Shown here: positions 40,767-47,907 of the stretch, piece after piece | Layout of the letters: each line of letters opens with the position of its first letter | Numbering within the stretch: the first letter of the stretch is position 1 | Source of the DNA: a virus | IMG/VR virus record: IMGVR_UViG_3300042448_000646 | Location: 57,957-121,956 of that record | Strand: one strand, 5' to 3' | DNA length: 64,000 bases | The notes under the pieces: generated by a model | What the model saw: only the letters and a program-made list of their open reading frames with translations | Database searches by the model: none | Told to the model about the DNA's origin: nothing | Position numbers and translations under genes: made by a program

Positions 40767-40907
40767 TTAGGGGGATTCATTGATTAAAATCATACTATCG
40801 TAATAAATTATACTGTCAGTAACTACTAAGCTATGCTTTGTTTCGTTTTGGGAACACCCCATACCTAACAGTACTGATATGAGGATTAATGTTTTTAGAT
40901 TCTTCAT
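40767..40907 (-). CDS. 46-aa putative lipoprotein (not in ORF track)
   Basis: MKNLKTLILISVLLGMG-CSQNETK... Confidence 0.5.
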   Translation of the reverse strand: MKNLKTLILISVLLGMGCSQNETKHSLVVTDSIIYYDSMILINESP

Positions 40908-40989
40908 TTTTAAAGTTTTCCTTGTTTTAGTTTTAGTTCATCTATATTCCATAGGAACTGTAGTCTTTTCCAGATTCTACTTTGAAGAG

Positions 40990-42117
40990 TTACGCTCTTC
41001 TGAATTCGTTGTTTTCGTACTTCCACTTTATCCATTTGATTTTGATTAAATCAAAGTCTTCTAATGACTTTGCTACCCATGACTCATCTATAGTGTCTTT
41101 AAAACACAGTATATGCACATTAGCGACCTCATCTTTGTTTAGACGTAGTGCACGTCCAATCTTCTGAGAAGCTTTCTTCTCGTTGCTGTAAGAATGCATA
41201 ATGATAATATGTTTTAGATTGGGTACAGTTACTCCTTCACTTAACTGTTCTACGGCACTTAACCTAGTAATGGCCCCACTAGCAAATCTGTCGAGATTTT
41301 CCGCATTCTCTACTTTATGATTTTTAGAGTGATGCGAATACTTACATATAGAATCTGCTTGTTCAGTAGTATTAGCAAACAACAAACATTTGTCAGTTTC
41401 AGGAACACGGTCTAATACAAACTGTAGAAAGTAAAGCTTTGATTTAAACTGTTTTAGTGCGTTTAGTAGAAAGATGCGTTTCATAAACAAATCTTTACCA
41501 CCAGCAGATGTACTAATCTGAGATTGTAGCCAGTTATAGTTCTTTACCTCACTTGTGTAGAAAGATTTATTTCCTTTACCTACCTCAATGTTGTTAGTTG
41601 TACCTAAAGGTATCTGATGTACGTAGATTCTATAATCATTTAAAATCTCTTCGTCAACAGCCTCATCTACAGTATAACTGTACTTAATTGGGTAGTATTG
41701 CTCCATCATATGTCCTTTTTCGCCATATGTATACTTAGGAGGTGTACCTGTTAACCCTAAAACTCTTCCTTTGAACTCAGATAGAAAGACATCGTGAGAA
41801 TACTTTGTGTTATGAGCTTCATCTAAGATTACAATGTCATAGTCTTCTGGGTTATGTTTTACTAGTGAGATATAACTTGTGAAAGTTATATTTTCTAATA
41901 GATGTTGCATATTGAATTTTTCAGCATCATTCTTCCAAGACTCAAAAATTGTAATTTTAGGGGCTGCAACCAGTACTTTGCCCCCAAGCTTGTTGATGTA
42001 CTGCAAGCCGATGTAAGTTTTACCTACTCCCATACTTACATGCAGTCCTGCTCGGCCAAAAGACAGAACTGCACTAAGAGCTTCTTGTTGTATCTTTTCT
42101 CTAACTATGTTACTCAT
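40990..42117 (-). CDS. Superfamily 2 helicase (DEAH)
   Basis: GVGKT, ILDEAH, GLTGT, LSEGVTVP, QKIGRALR. Confidence 0.88.
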   Translation of the reverse strand: MSNIVREKIQQEALSAVLSFGRAGLHVSMGVGKTYIGLQYINKLGGKVLVAAPKITIFESWKNDAEKFNMQHLLENITFTSYISLVKHNPEDYDIVILDEAHNTKYSHDVFLSEFKGRVLGLTGTPPKYTYGEKGHMMEQYYPIKYSYTVDEAVDEEILNDYRIYVHQIPLGTTNNIEVGKGNKSFYTSEVKNYNWLQSQISTSAGGKDLFMKRIFLLNALKQFKSKLYFLQFVLDRVPETDKCLLFANTTEQADSICKYSHHSKNHKVENAENLDRFASGAITRLSAVEQLSEGVTVPNLKHIIIMHSYSNEKKASQKIGRALRLNKDEVANVHILCFKDTIDESWVAKSLEDFDLIKIKWIKWKYENNEFRRA

Positions 42118-42620
42118 TCTAATCCTTTTATTGTACTAAGGTAGTTACCTGCCTCAGCGTATCTTCCATCTATATTACGAAGATAACGATTTTGAATATG
42201 AATATAACATTTGATGTTATCTTTATATGATTTATAACTTGCGTGGTTATTTAACTCGCCTAAAACATATTTACATTTATGGTATTTAATACCAAAGAGA
42301 TTTTTGTTAGATACGCACACCCTAGAAACATAGTTTCCTGTCTCAATACGTGCTTGTGCTACAGCCATAGGAGGTAACACACAGTCTTGGTTTACCAGTT
42401 CTTTAAGGATAGCACTATCTGTAAGAGCAACATCACCAATAGTTATAGTATCTCGTGTGTGGATGTGTATTCTTCTGATGATAGGATCTTTAGCCAGTAA
42501 TACTATTAGAGTTCCGATAAGCAATAAATTTAATAACAGAGATGCTTTTGTTATTCTTCCTAAGTTAGGTATTTTCTTTAACTTAAGGTCTTGAGTAAGT
42601 TTATAATATGTGTTTTTCAT
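42114..42620 (-). CDS. Membrane-anchored GH73-like glucosaminidase/muramidase
   Basis: TM segment then AVAQARIETG...NKNLFGIK...YAEAGNY. Confidence 0.75.
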   Translation of the reverse strand: MKNTYYKLTQDLKLKKIPNLGRITKASLLLNLLLIGTLIVLLAKDPIIRRIHIHTRDTITIGDVALTDSAILKELVNQDCVLPPMAVAQARIETGNYVSRVCVSNKNLFGIKYHKCKYVLGELNNHASYKSYKDNIKCYIHIQNRYLRNIDGRYAEAGNYLSTIKGLE

Positions 42621-42660
42621 AACTTTTTATATTACTAATTTAGTTAATTGTTTCGATAAG

Positions 42661-42691
42661 ACAAAAAAATCCCCTACAATTAAGTAGGGGA
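42661..42691 (-). terminator. Intrinsic terminator
   Basis: TCCCCTAC-TTAATT-GTAGGGGA-TTTTTTT on the - strand. Confidence 0.75.
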
Positions 42692-42699
42692 CATCCTGG

Positions 42700-43080
42700 C
42701 TAATCAATCCATCCAATTGTTGGAACTACTTGTTTTACTAACTGGAGTTGTTCAATAAAGTTACAAGGAGTGTACTTTGGATACCCAAATCCATCGTTAC
42801 CTGTTTCTTTAAACTCAGTAGGAACTGCAGTTTTTATTTGGAAAGCGATTTCTTGTTCTACTGCTGCTCTGTAACTAAGGTTACTTCTAGCTTCTCTCAT
42901 GTCTGTTAATATGTTATCAACAGTAAGATTTCTGAACATGTCTCGCACTTCCAAAGTGTGAATGAATTGCATTTTGTCTAAAGCATTCTTAACAGAACGT
43001 GCTTTAACTCTGAAGAAGCGGCTAGTATCTACTCTTTCGTAGGACTTGCCATCAATGGTTTTGTTTTTTCTGATTCTCAT
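42700..43080 (-). CDS. Hypothetical protein
   Basis: Start at 43080 (MRIRKNK), 15 nt after the predicted +1 at 43095. Confidence 0.6.
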   Translation of the reverse strand: MRIRKNKTIDGKSYERVDTSRFFRVKARSVKNALDKMQFIHTLEVRDMFRNLTVDNILTDMREARSNLSYRAAVEQEIAFQIKTAVPTEFKETGNDGFGYPKYTPCNFIEQLQLVKQVVPTIGWID

Positions 43081-43131
43081 AGTGTTTAAATTAGTAGAAG
43101 GAGAAAGAAAAAATCCGACCAAAGGGAGGAT

Positions 43132-43172
43132 AAATAAAAAGGAAATAGCCAGTCGATTAAAACTGGCTATTC
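43132..43172 (-). terminator. Intrinsic terminator closing the RNA cluster
   Basis: ATAGCCAGT / ACTGGCTAT stem followed by TTCCTTTTTATTT. Confidence 0.7.
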
Positions 43173-43194
43173 TTTAGGATACATGGCACTAATA

Positions 43195-43495
43195 AGATAA
43201 TAAATTCGAAAATTTATTAAACCTTACCCACTAGCATCATAGAGAGGAACCGATTTGCTTTACACTATGGAACCAAATCTTAAGCCAGTACTCCCTCCAC
43301 TAATAGGCCGTTACAAAGTAACATTTGTCTGCCATTACAGTAACACAGTTGTGTCACTTTGCCGAGCTGTACCTGTAGCTCAACAGAACCAAGTTCTTTT
43401 TAATGTTTTACCCCTATGAACCAGGAAGTTTAGGACATTATCTACAAGAGGTAGATACTCAACAGATATTTCAGCACTGTAATGCTAGGTAATCT
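43195..43495 (-). ncRNA. Candidate large structured RNA
   Basis: No tracked ORF; many hairpins plus long-range pairs CTAGCAT/ATGCTAG and CATTACAGT/ACTGTAATG. Confidence 0.45.
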
Positions 43496-43507
43496 GATAA
43501 ACCTTTG

Positions 43508-43630
43508 AGAAAGAGATAGGACTTGCACCTATAAGATGTCATTTAGGAAGGTATCACTCCTGACACCAGTAATGAATATCAATAAATAGTTATACCTTTT
43601 ACTGCGGCTTCTGCTTTCGCCACTCTTTCT
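43508..43630 (-). ncRNA. tRNA-like RNA with expanded anticodon loop and long variable arm
   Basis: Acceptor AGAAAGAG/CTCTTTCT; TGGCGAAA...CGC D-arm; T-arm ATAGG-TGCAAGT-CCTAT; no assignable anticodon. Confidence 0.6.
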
Positions 43631-43633
43631 TTG

Positions 43634-43718
43634 TAGCCCATAGCGGAATCGAACCGACTATTTACAAGATGAAATCTTGGTGTCCTGTATCCGTTAGGAA
43701 CCGTTAGACGAATGGGCC
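43634..43718 (-). tRNA. Atypical tRNA-Glu(TTC) with 12-nt D-loop insertion
   Basis: GGCCCAT/ATGGGCT acceptor; CAAG-ATTTCAT-CTTG anticodon arm; GGTTCGATTCC T-loop; no encoded CCA. Confidence 0.7.
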
Positions 43719-43724
43719 ATTTTT

Positions 43725-43890
43725 ACTTCCATCTGCACTCAGTTATGATTTCACTCCTCGGTCCATCATCACAACTGCTCACCCTTTGGAAGTGAGTTAT
43801 GGTGCATTAAAGTAACACAAGCCGTTGATATCCCTTTAGGGTCACAACATACTATTCTTGTGTTGGAACTGATAGTGCAGTTTACTTTAA
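43725..43890 (-). ncRNA. Candidate structured RNA: two three-way junctions, the 3' one with a pseudoknot
   Basis: TGCAC/GTGCA, CTCAC/GTGAG, CAGTTGTGAT/ATCATAACTG; loop TTCCA pairs with downstream TGGAA. Confidence 0.55.
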
Positions 43891-44461
43891 CTCCAGCTAT
43901 GAGAACGTTACCCTAACAAGTTTTAACTTATCAGGAAAACGAAATTAAAGTCATAAGGGAAAGAAAAAAAGAAGGGCAGTATAGTAGAGACTTAGTTAGC
44001 GTTAAGTAAGTTCTTTTGAAAAAATGGAATATCCGCACACCCTTACTACTAAAAAACCCTAACACATAATAAACCTATAGAGAGTTATAATAAGAAGAGG
44101 TTACCAGTAGGCTTACCCTTAAGCTTATATCTTAAGTTACCATTATCTATATTAAGTCGGTTTAATCTAATCTTAACCTAAAGTGATTTAGTGTTAAGAG
44201 CAGAAACCATAGGGGGGAGTGTCCCCATCTCTCTAATGCATTGACTATTAATCACTTATGAGAATCAATTCTTTGATTTTTCTGTAGATATTTGTACGAA
44301 TACTGCAGTGATAGACTGTAATTATGAGTTAAAATGATGGCTATAGTGTCTACTTCACTATACACGACTGACTCTAATTAAGACTGAAGATGGTAGAGTA
44401 GTTGGTTCTTTTTCTCTTTTCTCTTTACTGCTTGTCTGGGTCTCTCTCTATAGGGGAAAAC

Positions 44462-44482
44462 AAAAGCACCCCGAAGGGTGCT
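44462..44482 (-). terminator. Intrinsic terminator (cUUCGg loop)
   Basis: AGCACCC-TTCG-GGGTGCT-TTT. Confidence 0.8.
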
Positions 44483-44494
44483 ATTGCTTAACTG

Positions 44495-45076
44495 TTAGAA
44501 GGGAACATCGTCCACATTCGCAGTTTCGTCTACGGGTACGTTCTCTGTAAGTGCAGAGAGGTCCGCTGTAGTACGCTGAGCGACAACCATTGTTTTGTCG
44601 GCATACGCATCAGTGTCAGGGCGCAAGAAGCATTTGCGGTACACGAAGTTGCCGTTTGCATCTGTCACACGAGATTTCGTTTCTCTGTCCAACTTGTAGG
44701 CAGATTCACGAATAATGTAGTTGCCGTTGGCATCTTTCTCGTTGATAATCTTGGCGTTAACGGCTTCGTTAAAGTCAGATGTTTCAATGATTTGGATACG
44801 CACAGCACGACCAAACACGCTCTCAAGGTTGATTGGCTTAAGGCCGTTCTCTTGGAACTTGAAAGGTTCGCCTGAAGAAGTGTGAGCAACGTCTTCGGCT
44901 TTAATACCGAAAGTTTTCTCAAAGACCTCCATAGCGAAAGTGTGAATGGCGGTACGCAATAAACGAGATTGCAAACCGAGTGAGAAGGCGGAGAGTGAGT
45001 CGGATTCTACTCCACATAGAACGCTAACGGAACCTTTTCCGTTAACCCAAGCCGAATAAGCGTTAACTGTGCTCAT
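44495..45076 (-). CDS. Early protein with SSB-like acidic C-terminal tail (possible ssDNA-binding protein)
   Basis: 193 aa ending ETANVDDVPF; own motif with predicted +1 at 45092. Confidence 0.6.
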   Translation of the reverse strand: MSTVNAYSAWVNGKGSVSVLCGVESDSLSAFSLGLQSRLLRTAIHTFAMEVFEKTFGIKAEDVAHTSSGEPFKFQENGLKPINLESVFGRAVRIQIIETSDFNEAVNAKIINEKDANGNYIIRESAYKLDRETKSRVTDANGNFVYRKCFLRPDTDAYADKTMVVAQRTTADLSALTENVPVDETANVDDVPF

Positions 45077-45162
45077 ACTGATGTATATTGGCAGTAAAGG
45101 AAAGAAAAAACCCCCGTAGGGGGGATAGACCGTTAAGGCATTAGACGGTTAAACGCAAATAA

Positions 45163-45285
45163 CCGAGCGAAGCGAGGGTAGTAGACGGTTTGTTTAACTT
45201 TTGTTTGTCTTAGCACGGGGAATTTTTTGACTAACCCTGTTTTGTCTAACTTCTTGTGTAACTTTTGACTGTATAAGTTAGACAA
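45163..45285. repeat. Iteron-like TTGTNTAACTT repeats plus CGAGCGAAGCGAG motif
   Basis: Direct copies 45190-45200, 45242-45252, 45254-45264; inverted copy 45275-45285. Confidence 0.55.
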
Positions 45286-45448
45286 GATAGACTAGAGGTA
45301 GAGGCAATTACCCGCATAAGATGACAGCGTAGCCCCAACCAAGGTGGGAAGTAAGGTAAGAGGAAAGAAAAACCATTGCCCAATCGAATTTACTGGGTAA
45401 GATGGTTGCGTAGCCATTTAATCCAATGGCACTAGAGTACCAAAGGAG

Positions 45449-45739
45449 TTAGTCAAACTCCCTTGGATACACTATGAGACCTTTTGGGGTTAGTTCTACG
45501 AGATCTTCTACAAAACCATCTACTAGAGTTTCCACTAATGTGTACTTCTCGTATACTAGCACTACTATAACACCATGGTGAGTTTTAGTAGCAGTATAGT
45601 GTAGGGGTTTCATATTCTTGACCACGTTACTTACAAAGGTTGAGTCATCTGAAGTCATCTGCAATGAATCAGGAAGTTGTGTTTGTCCGCAAGCCGTACA
45701 GGCCACAGACAAAAATAGGGTTACGAATAATGTTCTCAT
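45449..45739 (-). CDS. Putative lipoprotein/secreted protein, predicted leaderless
   Basis: MRTLFVTLFLSVACTA-CG; ATG coincides with the predicted +1. Confidence 0.65.
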   Translation of the reverse strand: MRTLFVTLFLSVACTACGQTQLPDSLQMTSDDSTFVSNVVKNMKPLHYTATKTHHGVIVVLVYEKYTLVETLVDGFVEDLVELTPKGLIVYPREFD

Positions 45740-45774
45740 ACGATAGAAAAGAAAAACCCCCGAAGGGGTTCTAG

Positions 45775-46119
45775 TTAGTTCTTGCGAGGTCTACCACGTT
45801 TAACTTTGTTATTGTCCGCTAGTTCCTCTTTGATGTCTACAGGCTCTGCGAAGTCCCAAGGCTTACCGAAGTACTCGAAGTACGTCCTTTCCATTTCTCG
45901 TAAAGTAGAGCCTATGGTTTCTTGGTACTTAAAGTTTTGTGTCAACGTGTATTCGTCTTCTACTTGTCCAAGCATTTTAGAGAGGGTTCTCTGTTTAGTT
46001 TGTTGGTAGAAGTCGTACTGACGTTGGATGGTACGTTGCATTTCTTTTTCAAGGTTTTCTGCACATTTGCGAAGCATGTCGTTAATCAACGATTTAGCCT
46101 CAATAGAGTTGGCTTTCAT
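45775..46119 (-). CDS. Helical protein with C-terminal AT-hook
   Basis: Ends KVKRGRPRKN. Confidence 0.65.
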   Translation of the reverse strand: MKANSIEAKSLINDMLRKCAENLEKEMQRTIQRQYDFYQQTKQRTLSKMLGQVEDEYTLTQNFKYQETIGSTLREMERTYFEYFGKPWDFAEPVDIKEELADNNKVKRGRPRKN

Positions 46120-46164
46120 AGCAGTAGAGAAAAGAAAAAACCCTACGTATGTAGGGCTTCTTCA

Positions 46165-46506
46165 TCATACGCAATCGTCGCAGTCGTCTTCGTCTACGTT
46201 CTTCCGTAGGTTAATCTTTCCTACAACTTTTGGGTACTCTTGTTCCTGTATATCAGGACCAAACAAGTCTTCTTTGCATACGTTGTAGTACTCTAGCGCA
46301 AAGCCAATGTTCTCCATGTCGCCATCAATTTCCTTAGCCGTTGCCCCGTACGCGTACGAATTCCTAGCAATTTAAGCCGTTGAACAGATTACATTAAGGA
46401 TAGCCTCAATCTCACTAGTACCATTCTCTGACACCTGCATACCTAGTACGCGACGTAGAAGGGCTGTGTACTTGCCCTTTTCGATTTGAATTAAATTGTT
46501 ATTCAT
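46165..46506 (-). pseudogene. 113-codon frame interrupted by one in-frame TAA (46374-46372); pseudogene, recoded gene or two tiny genes
   Basis: MNNNLIQIEKGKYTALLRRVLGMQVSENGTSEIEAILNVICSTA*IARNSYAYGATAKEIDGDMENIGFALEYYNVCKEDLF...DDCDDCV. Confidence 0.55.
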
Positions 46507-46526
46507 AGCAATAGGGAAAAGAAAAA

Positions 46527-46640
46527 AACTACCTCATTTCGAGGTAGTTGTAGGTTGCTAACCCTGTGGTGGTCTTACGTGAACAAGCATACGTTCACCG
46601 CACTTTGGCTTAGGTATATGCGTAAGGGATATCTCCTTAC
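46527..46640 (-). ncRNA. Candidate small RNA unit
   Basis: Own motif (+1 at 46640) and terminator; no credible ORF; hairpins GTAAGG/CCTTAC, GTGAAC/GTTCAC, GGTT/AACC. Confidence 0.5.
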
Positions 46641-46664
46641 AATAGAGAAAAGAAAAAAGGGACG

Positions 46665-46826
46665 TTAGTCCCCTTCAAACGTACGGTTCTCTAATCCGTT
46701 GAGATCACTTTCGTTCTTCTCATCTTCATAGCATTGTTGGCACATGTGTAAATCATCACACTGGCAGGTTAGTTGTGGAGAGATGCTATACATAGCAATC
46801 ATATCCGATGCTTCTTCAAAAGTCAT
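46665..46826 (-). CDS. 53-aa acidic Cys-rich protein, predicted leaderless (not in ORF track)
   Basis: MTFEEASDMIAMYSISPQLTCQCDDLHMCQQCYEDEKNESDLNGLENRTFEGD; stop lies in the next hairpin loop. Confidence 0.65.
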   Translation of the reverse strand: MTFEEASDMIAMYSISPQLTCQCDDLHMCQQCYEDEKNESDLNGLENRTFEGD

Positions 46827-46918
46827 GTAATAAGAAAGAAAAACTACTACTCATAATTAAGGGACAAGATCCATAATTATTTCCGTAAGATCATTGCGTA
46901 CTCCACTACAGAGTGAGA

Positions 46919-47065
46919 CTATAAGTCCCACTCTTGTGCAGCGTAATAAGCAGCGAAAGGTCTGCTTACACCTTGACGACGAAAGAATCTGTAAGTGTCT
47001 ACAAACTCTTGTACTAATCCATAGGACTTCGCTATGTAGTAGTGTTCAGGAAATTGATCTATCAT
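46919..47065 (-). CDS. 48-aa protein, predicted leaderless (not in ORF track)
   Basis: MIDQFPEHYYIAKSYGLVQEFVDTYRFFRRQGVSRPFAAYYAAQEWDL. Confidence 0.65.
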   Translation of the reverse strand: MIDQFPEHYYIAKSYGLVQEFVDTYRFFRRQGVSRPFAAYYAAQEWDL

Positions 47066-47097
47066 GCAAGAGAAAAGAAAAAAGACTCCGAAGAGTC

Positions 47098-47217
47098 TTA
47101 AAATTTACTAAACTCGTTGTGCCAGTATCTTTTGTTTGCTTTGCTACAACTGTGACCACGACCTGATGCGCAGGACATCAGTCCTACAATCACCAATACT
47201 ATTATTAGATATCTCAT
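47098..47217 (-). CDS. 39-aa lipoprotein, predicted leaderless (not in ORF track)
   Basis: MRYLIIVLVIVGLMS-CASGRGHSCSKANKRYWHNEFSKF. Confidence 0.7.
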   Translation of the reverse strand: MRYLIIVLVIVGLMSCASGRGHSCSKANKRYWHNEFSKF

Positions 47218-47229
47218 GAAATAGAAAAG

Positions 47230-47358
47230 AAAAAAAGAAACGCATAGGTTTTCTGTGACACACTGATGTATTCCCTTAAGGGCGAATCTGTGACACTATG
47301 CGTATTCAGGTATTGTGGATGAACCACTGCACACACTCTTTGGTGATACCTTATCTGT
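47230..47358 (-). ncRNA. Candidate small RNA unit
   Basis: Own motif (+1 at 47358), no start codon at the expected position; stems AGGTAT/ATACCT and ACGCATAG/CTATGCGT. Confidence 0.5.
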
Positions 47359-47394
47359 AAAACAGAAAAGAAAAAAAGCCCCGAAGGGCTCTCT

Positions 47395-47643
47395 TTACAA
47401 CTGATTAATCTTTCGCTCATCCTTCTGAGAAAGGTAAATGATGCTACCAATTAGAGTTACTAAGACCATTAAAGCAAACATGTTACCAAGCATAGACTGA
47501 AAGCAGGCAACAAATGTATTGTGTCCCATCAAAGCACCAATGCTAGCAAGCAAAGAAGTAACGATGATAGAAGAGACAACGGCAAAGGCGAACGGAAGCA
47601 CTACTACCAGTAATGCGTTTCCTATGTATTTGTATGTATTCAT
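47395..47643 (-). CDS. Small two-TM membrane protein
   Basis: 82 aa, two hydrophobic segments. Confidence 0.65.
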   Translation of the reverse strand: MNTYKYIGNALLVVVLPFAFAVVSSIIVTSLLASIGALMGHNTFVACFQSMLGNMFALMVLVTLIGSIIYLSQKDERKINQL

Positions 47644-47670
47644 AGCATAAGCGGCAAGAAAAAAAGGTCG

Positions 47671-47883
47671 TTAGACCTTTCTTTCACTAAACACTAATGC
47701 TACTACAAATGCTGGCATCCATCCTAAGGCAAAGCAATACTTCACTATCTCAGTAAACTGCTCACCATACTCCTTTATCATTCCTGATTGGAAGTACACA
47801 GTCATAAAGCCTCCTGCCACAATGAATGCAACCATACTGACTACCGCAGTGGTAATCAATACATTATCTAATGTCTTTCTCAT
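47671..47883 (-). CDS. Small two-TM membrane protein
   Basis: 70 aa; stop lies in the hairpin loop. Confidence 0.65.
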   Translation of the reverse strand: MRKTLDNVLITTAVVSMVAFIVAGGFMTVYFQSGMIKEYGEQFTEIVKYCFALGWMPAFVVALVFSERKV

Positions 47884-47907
47884 ACAATAAAGAAAAGAAA
47901 AAAAGGG

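Noticed and set aside
40910-41035. 41-aa ORF MDKVEVRKQ...QGKL overlapping the helicase 3' end
   Set aside because: Plausible gap filler but no motif or other support; not called
43508-43630. Twister-sister ribozyme (GGUGCAAGUCC hairpin)
   Set aside because: Only the T-loop-like hairpin matches; the rest fits a tRNA acceptor/D-arm layout
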